Shown piece after piece: positions 1-9,135 of a DNA stretch of 64,000 bases. The DNA is from a virus, in the IMG/VR virus record IMGVR_UViG_3300044684_000278, positions 64,001 through 128,000 of that record. One strand, written 5' to 3'. How positions within the stretch are numbered: the stretch's first letter is position 1; the number at the start of each line of letters is the position of its first letter. The position numbers were made by a program, and so were the translations under genes. The notes beneath the pieces are model-generated. The model did no database searches and was not told where the DNA came from. It saw only the letters and a list, made by a program, of their open reading frames with translations.

Positions 1-400
1 ATACATCTTCTGCCGGAAGGGTAGCACCTGTGTAAACAGGTTTTGAGAAAGAGGAAGATTTACCATGTGCAGCCAGGAAGTTATCTTTGTATTCCTGCCA
101 TTGGTCCACGGTTGGGAATCCTTTTCCAGGAGAAAGTTCCTGTTCATAAACATGCCTTAAATCATGCCGTGAACTGAGTCCTGTTCTATATTTAGCTGAC
201 TTTCCATTATCCCATTCTACTTCACAGTACAAGCCGTTCTTAAACACAATAACAATAGTCCCCATGGTTCCGGGAAGCATCTCATATATAGTAAAGGGAA
301 AGTCAAAAGTGGTATCCCTGCACCAATCGGGACCACCCGCCATTACTCTTAGTCCGACCCTTACTTCATCATAGCGTACAGGATCTCCTGGTTTTAACAT
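1..400 (-). CDS. Mib-HERC2-like (SH3-fold) domain protein, runs off window start
   Basis: Not in ORF track (no stop in window). Manual translation from ATG 400: MLKPGDPVRYDEVRVGLRVMAGGPDW...GTMGTIV...CEVEWDNGKSAKYRTGLSSRHDL; fits Mib-HERC2 pattern GxRVxxGPDW..G.V..V.WDNG...YR.G....DL. Confidence 0.65.
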   Translation of the reverse strand, partial: MLKPGDPVRYDEVRVGLRVMAGGPDWCRDTTFDFPFTIYEMLPGTMGTIVIVFKNGLYCEVEWDNGKSAKYRTGLSSRHDLRHVYEQELSPGKGFPTVDQWQEYKDNFLAAHGKSSSFSKPVYTGATLPAEDV

Positions 401-726
401 TGGTTTCCTCCTTTCTGATCTGCCACTTTAAGCAGGAGCAGATCCAGATTAAAATAGATTTGTTCAATAACAGGGAGCTGCTTCACCAGATTCCTGGGAA
501 GTTCTTTGATGGATACCTTGAAGTACTTATTCTTCCTGTTATTCTTACAGCCCCAGGCATACTTGATTTCTTCAAACCTGAGTTTTTTGTTGTGTGTGAT
601 CTCTTTAACTGTCAGCACCTGTCCCGGCTTTACCCAGGACTGCTCACAGTCATTTAGTATTTTGATTTTGCAGCCTATAAGGGACTGGCTGATTTCAGGA
701 TGGATAAGATCTTCATAAGTAGCCAT
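394..726 (-). CDS. hypothetical protein, SH3/KOW-like domain plus C-terminal amphipathic helix
   Basis: 110 aa in a coupled gene run; paralogous to 729..1037 (LIGCKIKILND/LVGKQILIVNN, GQVLTV/GQIYTV, WGCKNN/WSCANN). Confidence 0.7.
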   Translation of the reverse strand: MATYEDLIHPEISQSLIGCKIKILNDCEQSWVKPGQVLTVKEITHNKKLRFEEIKYAWGCKNNRKNKYFKVSIKELPRNLVKQLPVIEQIYFNLDLLLLKVADQKGGNQC

Positions 727-728
727 AT

Positions 729-1037
729 TTAACTCAGTTTATCTTCCAGCCGCTCCAGATGAAGTAGTATATCATCCATCAGCGGTGAGAGTGCTTTATC
801 AATATGTTTTAACTCATAGATCATCTCCTGACCTTCCAGTACCTGGAATAATTTTCTACTGGAGTTATTGGCACATGACCAGTAGCGGCCTCCCATTTCC
901 TTGATACCAAGGTTCTTTGACCGGTATGAGGAAACCGTATAGATCTGTCCGTTCTTCAGGTGATTAAACCCGTTGTTGTTCACGATCAGGATCTGTTTGC
1001 CTACCAATTCTCTGCAGGCATCAGGGAAATAGCTCAT
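729..1037 (-). CDS. hypothetical protein with C-terminal LERLEDKL helix
   Basis: 102 aa, coupled to neighbours, shared C-terminal motif. Confidence 0.75.
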   Translation of the reverse strand: MSYFPDACRELVGKQILIVNNNGFNHLKNGQIYTVSSYRSKNLGIKEMGGRYWSCANNSSRKLFQVLEGQEMIYELKHIDKALSPLMDDILLHLERLEDKLS

Positions 1038-1348
1038 GGTGATTGAATTTGTAATTTGTTTTCCAGTTTGTCCAGGGCTTTCATAATCAGTTCAATATCA
1101 GCATGAAGAGAAAGAGCATGTTCTGCTATGATTACCATAGATGCATTAGGTCTTATCGCAAGTCCATAGTACCATTCATTACGGTCTTCATGCCAGTATG
1201 TTGCCATCACCTGATAAACCCTGTTAGCTACCCCGTTCACTGCTGCATATCTGTTTGTACTGGGATAATAATATCCAAAGCCGTTACAGCCATCTTTTTT
1301 GCAAGCCCTGACTTTGTCCAGGGGCTTGAATTTGGGTTCTGGTCTCAT
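1034..1348 (-). CDS. hypothetical protein with C-terminal ALDKLENKL helix
   Basis: 104 aa, PKFKPLDKV SH3-like start, 4-nt overlap with next gene. Confidence 0.75.
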   Translation of the reverse strand: MRPEPKFKPLDKVRACKKDGCNGFGYYYPSTNRYAAVNGVANRVYQVMATYWHEDRNEWYYGLAIRPNASMVIIAEHALSLHADIELIMKALDKLENKLQIQSP

Positions 1349-1444
1349 AAAACCTAATAAAATGGTAAAGCATGACAGACCAAACCTGGAGAGGAGTAAG
1401 CATTACTGCCCCTGTGTCTCCATTAAGCCTGCCATGCTTATGTC

Positions 1445-1861
1445 CTACTTAATCCACAGTTGCCCTTCAACCTGTTTTTCATTAGGTTCATTGGCAGCCT
1501 TGCGTGATTTCTCTTTCATGGCCTCCAGTTTCCGGTTGATCAGATACTTGGCCACCGGTTCATAGGCACGTAAGAGCACATAGTGAACCAGCCCCTGGAT
1601 AGAGCACATTATAAAGGCCGTAAACAGAAAGTTATACAGCCAGTAGTGTGATACTACCACCACAGGGAGATCGCTCGTCAGAAGCAGGATAAACACGCAC
1701 CAGTGCCCAAAGCACCACGGGCAGTGAATCAGGTCTTCAATCTTTGTATGAAACTTGCTGATCCACTCACGGAATGGTTTGAAAATACCGGTGGATGTGA
1801 CGGTGAAGGAAACAGAGGCACAGCATAGTGCCCCCATTACCAGGAATAGGAATTCTTTCAT
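1445..1861 (-). CDS. DUF1360-like membrane protein
   Basis: Start moved to MKEFLFLV (1861); FKPFREWI...DLIHCPWCFGHW motif between hydrophobic helices. Confidence 0.65.
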   Translation of the reverse strand: MKEFLFLVMGALCCASVSFTVTSTGIFKPFREWISKFHTKIEDLIHCPWCFGHWCVFILLLTSDLPVVVVSHYWLYNFLFTAFIMCSIQGLVHYVLLRAYEPVAKYLINRKLEAMKEKSRKAANEPNEKQVEGQLWIK

Positions 1862-1862
1862 A

Positions 1863-2165
1863 TTATAATACCTCATCAGCTTCTTCAAGCCCGTCTTCCG
1901 AAATCCGGTCACCATCCTGCAGGTCCGAGTCTTCAGGCACTTCCCTTAAGATCTCAAAGTCTGCTCCCCCACACCCACAGCCTGAGTACACCACCAGCCT
2001 TACCTTGCGGGTCTTTGGCATATAAGCTCCCAGAATGTCCTCTATACTCACCTCTTCTGCCTTTTTGATCACAGGAGCTTTTTCCTGTTCCTTGTGGAAC
2101 TCTTCTCTCAGTTGGGCCAGGTTGTCCTTCTCCTGACCGGCTTTACGGTTTTTAAGCTTTTGCAT
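1863..2165 (-). CDS. hypothetical protein
   Basis: 100 aa, GCGCGG motif, acidic C-terminus, coupled to the ATPase gene. Confidence 0.65.
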   Translation of the reverse strand: MQKLKNRKAGQEKDNLAQLREEFHKEQEKAPVIKKAEEVSIEDILGAYMPKTRKVRLVVYSGCGCGGADFEILREVPEDSDLQDGDRISEDGLEEADEVL

Positions 2166-3321
2166 AACTTGAGTTTATTAATTTGATTGATTCTTCCAGG
2201 TCTGCTGCAGTAACTCCCTTAGGAGTTTTCTTGGTAGTAGTCATCCTGGTCAGGGCTTTGCGTACAGCACCTTTGGCAATGGCTTCCACCATAGCTCCCG
2301 ATACTTTACTCTTACAGGGAAGACTAAATAACATATCAGCTCCTTTGATGGCCAGGTCTTCTACCTTGTCATGGCATTTTACCTTCTTAAGGTGGATCTC
2401 AAAGATCTCCTTGGTATCCGGATGATCCGGACGGTTGATGCCAATCTTCAAGTCTATCCTTCCTTCCCGGACAATAGCCTCATCCAGCGCATTAGGGAGA
2501 TTAGTGGCCAAAATGAAAATCGGGTTGTGCTCTTTTTCCAGTCCGTCCATTTCTGAAAGGAACGTAGGCACAATGGTCATCTCCACGTCTGATGATTTAC
2601 CGCTGCCTCTCTGACGGAGCAGGGCTTCTGCTTCATCCATGAAAACAACAGCACGCTGGCCGGTCTTTTTACAGTACTGGCGGGTAGCATGAAACATGTG
2701 GGCTACTTTCTGCTCTGCCTCACCTACGAACTTGCTCAGCATCTCTGCCCCTTTTACGTAAACAAAGGCTGCGGGATCCACTTTTGTGGAACCAAGGATC
2801 GTAGAGGCAATGGCTTTACCGATCAGGGTCTTGCCACATCCCGGAGGACCATAGAGTACCAGGCCGGGAAAATCTCCCAGACCCATCTCTTTTGCCAGCT
2901 CCTGGTGTTTCAGGGGCAGCTCAATGGCTTCACGGATGTTGCTTAACTGTGATTTAAGTCCACCGATCTCATTCCAGTCAATCAGGTTGAAATGAGGAAT
3001 GTCAGTTACTTTCTCCAGCTCTTTGGGAACCACGGCAATGATGGCGGATCCAATACAGATCACCTCTGTTCCCGGCTCAAGAATTTGGGTAATAGGGTCT
3101 CCGAAGATAGGCTCTTCATTCAGGAACATAACCGTTCCGTTTACCCGGTAATACTGGGCATTGTTATGAACAAAAGGGCCAGCTACAATGGTGTGTACTT
3201 CTTTTTTCTCACCAAGGAACTGCTCCAGCATCTGCTCATATTTATCAACCTGCTCTCTGAGGGCTGATAATTCGTCTGTTGGGGCTACGGGAGCCTCAAA
3301 TGTTGCTTCTTCCTGAAACAT
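2152..3321 (-). CDS. AAA+ ATPase, ARC/Mpa (proteasomal ATPase)-like
   Basis: Likely start MFQEE (3321); N-terminal coiled coil, IGGL...IREAIELP, Walker A GPPGCGKT, pore loop KFVGE, Walker B VFMDE, RGSGKSSDVE, second region of homology ATN...LDEAIVREGRID. Confidence 0.85.
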   Translation of the reverse strand: MFQEEATFEAPVAPTDELSALREQVDKYEQMLEQFLGEKKEVHTIVAGPFVHNNAQYYRVNGTVMFLNEEPIFGDPITQILEPGTEVICIGSAIIAVVPKELEKVTDIPHFNLIDWNEIGGLKSQLSNIREAIELPLKHQELAKEMGLGDFPGLVLYGPPGCGKTLIGKAIASTILGSTKVDPAAFVYVKGAEMLSKFVGEAEQKVAHMFHATRQYCKKTGQRAVVFMDEAEALLRQRGSGKSSDVEMTIVPTFLSEMDGLEKEHNPIFILATNLPNALDEAIVREGRIDLKIGINRPDHPDTKEIFEIHLKKVKCHDKVEDLAIKGADMLFSLPCKSKVSGAMVEAIAKGAVRKALTRMTTTKKTPKGVTAADLEESIKLINSSYAKA

Positions 3322-3361
3322 GTTAAAGTAGGATTTATGAGTAAATAATTGTTGATGGATT

Positions 3362-3391
3362 AAAAAGGCCAGGACAGGAATATCCCAGGCC
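3362..3391 (-). terminator. putative intrinsic terminator
   Basis: imperfect GC stem followed by T5 on minus strand. Confidence 0.5.
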
Positions 3392-3429
3392 GTCTTACTA
3401 ACCACATAATGTTTTTGTTACGTTACTAC

Positions 3430-3472
3430 AAAAAAAGCCGAACTTGTAGAGGTTTATTCTACAAATCCGGCT
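3430..3472 (-). terminator. putative intrinsic terminator
   Basis: AGCCGGATTTGTAGA/TCTACAAGTTCGGCT stem followed by T-tract on minus strand. Confidence 0.7.
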
Positions 3473-3549
3473 CTAACTTAGAGATATATGAGGAGTGTGG
3501 ACAACCTGAGTTCTCCACAACGTTAAGTGGTGGTGTGGGTCAACTCAGG

Positions 3550-3930
3550 CTAAATCTGCTCTGCAGACCCCTCTTTCTGTGAACAAAGATTGTCTATAAC
3601 TTTTTGAGTTTGCTTGTGCTTATAGTACACAATGGCCCTTCTAAGGGTCAGATCCAGCATATGGTAGAAGTCAAACTCCCCATACTGGATCTCTGCATCA
3701 GTGATCGTAAGCCTGACTGCCGGGTAACTAAGCAGCACATGGATATGCCCCACATGTCCCAGTATTTCATTTACCGTGCATTCAGTGGTGACATACGTAT
3801 CCAGGAAGCATTCCCTTCTCAGGAAATCCTGTGCATGTGTGTACGGGATCCTTTCACGGGGATGTCCGGGATAACCCATGGCTATCAGGTCTTCAGCAAC
3901 GTCAAGTGGTACGAATAGAGGCTTGTTCAT
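3550..3930 (-). CDS. hypothetical protein
   Basis: 126 aa ORF in minus-strand gene run. Confidence 0.7.
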   Translation of the reverse strand: MNKPLFVPLDVAEDLIAMGYPGHPRERIPYTHAQDFLRRECFLDTYVTTECTVNEILGHVGHIHVLLSYPAVRLTITDAEIQYGEFDFYHMLDLTLRRAIVYYKHKQTQKVIDNLCSQKEGSAEQI

Positions 3931-3947
3931 TTTATAGTGTTTAATTG

Positions 3948-4223
3948 TTAATCTTCCATGGAGTCCAGGAGCTTCTTGGATGGATCATAGGTTTCCTGTT
4001 TGTAAACCTGAAGCATACTGTTTATGAACTCCTCATCCTCAAAATACTCATCACGGCTGGACTCCGAAGTAGTCCGGTGGTATAGACACGGATTGATCTC
4101 CACATTATCATTTTCCAGAGTAGTAGAGATCTTGATGCCATATGGCTTCTCTTCTTCTGTATTGTACTCCTTCTCAACGGTTACCTGGATGTCGGTCCCA
4201 GGGATGGTAACTAATTTTTTCAT
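3948..4223 (-). CDS. hypothetical acidic protein
   Basis: Likely start MKKLVTIP (4223), downstream of a hairpin at about 4237-4266. Confidence 0.65.
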   Translation of the reverse strand: MKKLVTIPGTDIQVTVEKEYNTEEEKPYGIKISTTLENDNVEINPCLYHRTTSESSRDEYFEDEEFINSMLQVYKQETYDPSKKLLDSMED

Positions 4224-4287
4224 TTCAGACGGTATTAAAAGGGGCTTTGATGTGATCTCAGCCCCCAACAGTTAAACAAGTGGTTGA

Positions 4288-5235
4288 TTATTTTTTGTTG
4301 TCCTGGTTTACAGTAACCTCAGACTTGGCAGCTTCAACAGCTTTAGCCAATTGGCCAGGGAAAGCTTTGATCTGCTCTTTTAGTTCAGCAATCAGTGCTT
4401 CCTGGGTAGAGATGGTACCTTTTAAGTAATCCACATCTTTTTCCAACAAGGCAATCTTAGCATCTTTCTCTGCTTTCAGAGAAGAGATCTTAGAGCCTTC
4501 TGAAGCAAACACTTCAGATTTAGCGGCTTTTACGGCAGCTTCGATCTGAGCCTGTACGTCTTTAGCCTCAGTAGCTTTGAAGTCTTTAAGCGTAGTGTAC
4601 TCTTTAGCGTCCACCAGCACTTTTTCATAAATGGTAGCAATCTTTTCAGCGGCCTTCAGGTTCTCATCCCTTAAAGCAATACCGTTGTCATAACGGGTCT
4701 GCTCCATTTTACGGCTGTGCTCCAAAGCAAGTTTGGCAATTTCCTCACCAGACTTCACACGGGTTTCTTCTACACGGGCATTGGAAGCAGCAATCTTCTC
4801 TTCATTTTCAGCAACGATCTGATCCAGGCGGGCATTGAGGGCATCAATTTTCTCCTGGTTCTCAATCTCTGCTTTCTTCAGGCCGAAGCTCAGGTCATCA
4901 GCAGCTACCTGGGCACGTTTTTCCAGGTCAGCAAATAGTTTTTCCAGGTTAAGGGCTTCAGTACCTTCTTCAGATACAAAATCCAGCTCCATTTTACGCT
5001 TAGCCAGGTCAAACTGGTTTTGTAACTCCTGGAGAGCTTTGGTATGTTCCTGTTCACGTTTAACAGCATTGTCTTTTACGGTCTGGGCCTGACGAGCAAG
5101 GTCCAATAAGGCACGCTCAATCTGAGAAGAGCTTAGTGGGCCGTTCTGATACGCAGCCAGACGTAATTGTAGTTCTGCAGCTAGTTCTACTAATTGTGAT
5201 TTGTTTTTGCTGTTTAATTGTGCTTCTGTAAACAT
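4288..5235 (-). CDS. long coiled-coil protein
   Basis: 315 aa, A/E/K/L/Q-rich heptad character. Confidence 0.8.
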   Translation of the reverse strand: MFTEAQLNSKNKSQLVELAAELQLRLAAYQNGPLSSSQIERALLDLARQAQTVKDNAVKREQEHTKALQELQNQFDLAKRKMELDFVSEEGTEALNLEKLFADLEKRAQVAADDLSFGLKKAEIENQEKIDALNARLDQIVAENEEKIAASNARVEETRVKSGEEIAKLALEHSRKMEQTRYDNGIALRDENLKAAEKIATIYEKVLVDAKEYTTLKDFKATEAKDVQAQIEAAVKAAKSEVFASEGSKISSLKAEKDAKIALLEKDVDYLKGTISTQEALIAELKEQIKAFPGQLAKAVEAAKSEVTVNQDNKK

Positions 5236-5273
5236 GATAGTTTTTGATAAATGGATAAATGGATTTGGGTGAA

Positions 5274-5639
5274 TTAACTCTTTTGAGCTCTAAGCTCTTT
5301 TAGTGTGACCTGCTGCACTCCGCATTGGAATGCTTCCTGGGACGTAGGTGGCCCGAGCTGTGATATTTTACCAAAAATGGGATGCTCACAATCAAACACC
5401 TGCTCGATCTGGGTACGGATTTCATTGCTGTAGTAGCCTGCCCAATAAGCCAGGTTAGATTTGGCTGCCTTCATGCCTTCCTGGTAGTCTTGAATGGTTC
5501 CTTTCAAACGGGAAGCTTTGATGATGACTGTAGCATAGTCAATCAGGAATCGTTCTGCTTCTTCTGGGTCTGTAATCATACAGGCAGCTCCCATGATCTG
5601 ATCCGTGGTGGAATTGCTGTCAAAATCAAATTTTCTCAT
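5274..5639 (-). CDS. hypothetical protein
   Basis: 121 aa, NLAYWAGYY and HPIFG motifs. Confidence 0.75.
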   Translation of the reverse strand: MRKFDFDSNSTTDQIMGAACMITDPEEAERFLIDYATVIIKASRLKGTIQDYQEGMKAAKSNLAYWAGYYSNEIRTQIEQVFDCEHPIFGKISQLGPPTSQEAFQCGVQQVTLKELRAQKS

Positions 5640-5734
5640 AGTCCGGATAGTAGGGTAATAAGTGCGTCCAGTCCTACTATGGCTGCTAAAGCCAGGAAGT
5701 AGAACAGGTAATGGTATTTTCTAACGGTTTTCAT
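5636..5734 (-). CDS. 32-aa single-TM peptide
   Basis: Manual: MKTVRKYHYLFYFLALAAIVGLDALITLLSGL; ATGA overlaps with both neighbours. Confidence 0.6.
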   Translation of the reverse strand: MKTVRKYHYLFYFLALAAIVGLDALITLLSGL

Positions 5735-6015
5735 AACCATTTGGGTGGTTTGGGCTGTCTATACTCTATCCACTCTTTAATGAACATAAAGGGCATCATG
5801 ATGATTACGCCTGCAATCAATACCCAGGAAAAAGCGGATATGACTAAGTTTTCCTTAACATCCTCCCAGGAGTAGAAAGAGCCTCTCTCATCTCTGCTTT
5901 TTGCACGTACAAAAAAGTACACAATAGCAACTCCCAACAGGTAGATAAGGACATAGAACCACCAGTGATGATGTGTCACTGGTGGTGTCTGGTTAATTAC
6001 TTTCACAAGCTTCAT
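5731..6015 (-). CDS. two-TM membrane protein
   Basis: 94 aa with two hydrophobic segments. Confidence 0.7.
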   Translation of the reverse strand: MKLVKVINQTPPVTHHHWWFYVLIYLLGVAIVYFFVRAKSRDERGSFYSWEDVKENLVISAFSWVLIAGVIIMMPFMFIKEWIEYRQPKPPKWL

Positions 6016-6017
6016 GA

Positions 6018-6323
6018 TTATTTGCCTGCGTAATATTGTTCACGGGTAATAGTAGTGATGGCATATCCTTCCAGGTGTTTTTGCACCATGTCTTCAGGAC
6101 CCCACCAGCATTCACAGCCCCATACATCCTCACCGCTGTCCAGGGTGATTTTAGGATTCTTGATCCCGTTCTCATGAAGCATTCCCATCATGGGATTACG
6201 CTCATCTGCAGGAGGAACCTCTTCTCCCTGGTAGATGCCAAAGCCAAACAAAGTGGCTGTTTTGTCTTTCTGGTTCGTGCTGACTATTGCACCGGCACGG
6301 TCACCAACATTTAATCTTGCCAT
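6018..6323 (-). CDS. hypothetical protein
   Basis: Likely start MARLNVG; NPKITLDSGEDVWGCECWWGPE motif. Confidence 0.7.
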   Translation of the reverse strand: MARLNVGDRAGAIVSTNQKDKTATLFGFGIYQGEEVPPADERNPMMGMLHENGIKNPKITLDSGEDVWGCECWWGPEDMVQKHLEGYAITTITREQYYAGK

Positions 6324-6327
6324 TTCT

Positions 6328-6636
6328 TCAATCAGTTGTTTCTGTGACTTTTCCCAATAGAGCATCTATGGGATTTCTATAGTACCTGTGGTACCTGATT
6401 ACGTTAAACTCCGGGTTATGCTCCGGATCTTCCTTATAGGCAGGGTTATCTATCCATCTCCATCCGCTGTCCAGTGGAAATCCAAAGATTCCCTCCTCGT
6501 CCCATATACACTGCACATCAGAGATCCTGAATCTCCATAGGAAGACCAGCAGGGAAACAATCAGAATCATTGCTCCGAAAAGGAGCTGGGCAATGACCAC
6601 TATGACCATCACCACAATTCTCCAGAGCCATTTCAT
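6328..6636 (-). CDS. membrane-anchored hypothetical protein
   Basis: long N-terminal hydrophobic helix, coupled gene. Confidence 0.65.
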   Translation of the reverse strand: MKWLWRIVVMVIVVIAQLLFGAMILIVSLLVFLWRFRISDVQCIWDEEGIFGFPLDSGWRWIDNPAYKEDPEHNPEFNVIRYHRYYRNPIDALLGKVTETTD

Positions 6637-6965
6637 TAGTATCCCCGCATCTGTGCCAGGAACCTTCTCAGTTCAGGGACGTTATCCATGGTAGCGGCAT
6701 CAAAGTTTGCATACCGGTCACGGACCACATTCTGAATGATTTGTTTGTCCTGAGGATCCTTTGCCTTTTCGTATTGCTCTTTATAAGAGGCCAGGTCCTG
6801 GATCTTTCCATCCACGTAACTCTGGGTGTGTTCAAACACGTTACGTTTAACGTTCTCCTGCCTGGGAGCCCAGAAAGCAAATGATCCGAGTTCAATGGCT
6901 GAAACAATCCATGTAAATGCTATCAGGGCCACTATGACTCCAATAGCTTTAAAAGCGGTCTTCAT
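6636..6965 (-). CDS. membrane-anchored protein paired with the adjacent lipoprotein
   Basis: N-terminal TM, RNVFEHTQSYVDG motif, 1-nt overlaps. Confidence 0.75.
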   Translation of the reverse strand: MKTAFKAIGVIVALIAFTWIVSAIELGSFAFWAPRQENVKRNVFEHTQSYVDGKIQDLASYKEQYEKAKDPQDKQIIQNVVRDRYANFDAATMDNVPELRRFLAQMRGY

Positions 6966-7483
6966 TATATGTTAAGCTTGAATGGTGATACGATAACACG
7001 CGGCTCTATATAAACCGGCTTACGCTGGTTAGTTTCAGGGTCAATCATTATTAACCAGGTTCCTTCTGCATCATTGGGCATAAACAGACCATTGGGCTCC
7101 GATTGAGGTAGTGATCCAAAGCTCTCCTGGTATCCTCCTGGATAAACCTGCTTCTGAGGATTGGAGAACTGTGCAGCGTAAGGAATACCGTATCCAATGC
7201 ACTTACCAAAGAAGATCAGCTTCCCGGTCATCTCTGAATACAGGTAAGCATAGCAAACCAGATTGGGATTATCCCTTAACTCATAGAGATCAGCAATCTG
7301 CTTTTTCTCTGTAAAGTTGTGGATGGCAGGCATACCTACCTGGCGGGTAGCTTCCTGCTGCAGTTGTTCCTGCCGGTTCTGGTCTATACGGTCCGCATTC
7401 GGCTGGGCAGGTACATTGGTACAAGAGAATAGCCCTGTGATAGCTACACAGGTTAACAGGCTGAGAATAGCTCTTTTTTTCAT
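6965..7483 (-). CDS. phage lipoprotein
   Basis: Signal peptide with lipobox LFSC; GYGIPYAAQFSNP and LPQSEPNGLF motifs. Confidence 0.75.
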   Translation of the reverse strand: MKKRAILSLLTCVAITGLFSCTNVPAQPNADRIDQNRQEQLQQEATRQVGMPAIHNFTEKKQIADLYELRDNPNLVCYAYLYSEMTGKLIFFGKCIGYGIPYAAQFSNPQKQVYPGGYQESFGSLPQSEPNGLFMPNDAEGTWLIMIDPETNQRKPVYIEPRVIVSPFKLNI

Positions 7484-7560
7484 GTTTTGAATTGATGTAT
7501 AAAAGTGTGAATAATAGGTTACAGTAGTTGATTATCAGGGGTAGAGTTACAGACATGTTT

Positions 7561-7592
7561 AAAAAAACCGGGAAGGATTGCTCCCGCCCGGT
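7561..7592 (-). terminator. putative intrinsic terminator
   Basis: ACCGGG...CCCGGT stem then T-tract on minus strand. Confidence 0.6.
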
Positions 7593-7775
7593 CCATCAAC
7601 ATAAACACATAAAACAACTCTTTATATCTTCCTAATGGTATAGCCAAACTTGCTGAGCAAGCTGTTGACATTTTCCAGTGTAGGCAGGGACATGCTCTGA
7701 AGTGCAGAACAAATTCCACGGATAAGTACGGATTCTTTCACCTTCTGATCCTTGTCAGAATGGGTGATAGTGTGA

Positions 7776-8072
7776 TTATTTACGGGCATAGGTTTCTTTA
7801 AGATGACTCATACCTTTTTTAATCAACTCATCCAATGGACTCAGACCAATGGTATGGATCATCAGCCCCAGGGATTCTGTTATAAATCCAAAGGCTCCTG
7901 CTTCCACCTTCATGATCTTATATCCTACTACAGCTATAAGTGCTCCCACACTCATACGATGGTAAAATGTGTGATCTTCTCCCAGGAGATGATTACAGAT
8001 TTTACGGGTAGGACTGAAGTCCTGGACCCTGTTATTAAGGTAAAGCACGTTCCGTAAGATGTATTTGTGCAT
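7776..8072 (-). CDS. hypothetical membrane protein
   Basis: 98 aa, AC-rich start region upstream. Confidence 0.6.
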   Translation of the reverse strand: MHKYILRNVLYLNNRVQDFSPTRKICNHLLGEDHTFYHRMSVGALIAVVGYKIMKVEAGAFGFITESLGLMIHTIGLSPLDELIKKGMSHLKETYARK

Positions 8073-8107
8073 AACTTGTTGGTTGGTTGGTTGTCACAAT
8101 GGATTAA

Positions 8108-8719
8108 TTATAATTTGCCAAAAAGCTCCTTGAGGTTATTGAAGCAAATACCTTGATTTTCTTTCTGTTTCATGGTATGGCTGGTATAGGTCACCTCATC
8201 TTCTTTGGGTAGCCTGAAGGTCTTTCCAGGCTGATATACTTCCAGGAGACCAAATACATAGTCCAGCCGCTCCCGGATAAAACCAGTGCAACCTCTGTCA
8301 AAGACTGGATTCCATTCACCCTTTTCAACAAGAAGGTTTAGCTGCTCAGGGTTCATGGGAAAGAAATTATCACAGTGCTCAATGACCGTATTGATAATAC
8401 CACGGGAATCTATGTACAGGTCCTGCAGCTTGATCACAATATGATCATCACCTGCTTTTTCCACGTCTGATCCGTCTTTCAGGAAATTCTTCATGGCTTT
8501 ACGGGCACCCTCAGTGAATTTGTGGGTATCATCATAGAACAGTCCTATGATCTCAGGCTCCTGGCCCATCTCTTTTAGCTTGTTATAAAGCAGTCCTGCA
8601 AACACACCACAGCCCCCGGAATTGATGTCCGTAGGTGTCCATGCGTCTACAAAGGGTAAGGCTTCCTGTAAAAATGCTACAAAATGCAATGTTTCTTGTG
8701 GGTTAGTTAGTTGATACAT
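8108..8719 (-). CDS. papain/transglutaminase-like fold protein (putative)
   Basis: Candidate Cys-His-Asp triad: INSGGCGVFA, DDHIVI, YIDSRG. Confidence 0.5.
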   Translation of the reverse strand: MYQLTNPQETLHFVAFLQEALPFVDAWTPTDINSGGCGVFAGLLYNKLKEMGQEPEIIGLFYDDTHKFTEGARKAMKNFLKDGSDVEKAGDDHIVIKLQDLYIDSRGIINTVIEHCDNFFPMNPEQLNLLVEKGEWNPVFDRGCTGFIRERLDYVFGLLEVYQPGKTFRLPKEDEVTYTSHTMKQKENQGICFNNLKELFGKL

Positions 8720-8828
8720 TGTCTTAAATGGTTTTTATGGATGAATGGATGAATTAGTTCAAATGAAAAACCCTGGCAGCCGTTACACATGCCAGGGAAT
8801 AAACAGAAATTATGGTCAGTTAAAGCGT

Positions 8829-9110
8829 TTACTGTTTGTACTTGCGAAACCGCTCGTTCACTTCCTTGTAGGCATCTTCAGCACGCTGGATGCTCTCCTC
8901 AATCCTCTTTATACGGGCACGGTGTTTATCCTCTTCCCGGATAAACTGATTGGTTTTGTGAATAATGTAGATAATGGTAAGCAGGTAAGCTATGGCCATC
9001 ATATCCCAGGGAACCTGGCTGCCTGAATACAGGATCAGTCCTGCATATACTCCCCAGATGATATGGGCTAATAACAGGGATCCCCAGGCTTCTTTAAAGA
9101 ATCTTTTCAT
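8829..9110 (-). CDS. two-TM protein with C-terminal coiled coil
   Basis: 93 aa hydropathy pattern. Confidence 0.7.
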   Translation of the reverse strand: MKRFFKEAWGSLLLAHIIWGVYAGLILYSGSQVPWDMMAIAYLLTIIYIIHKTNQFIREEDKHRARIKRIEESIQRAEDAYKEVNERFRKYKQ

Positions 9111-9135
9111 GGTTAATTAGGATTTGGATTATAAG

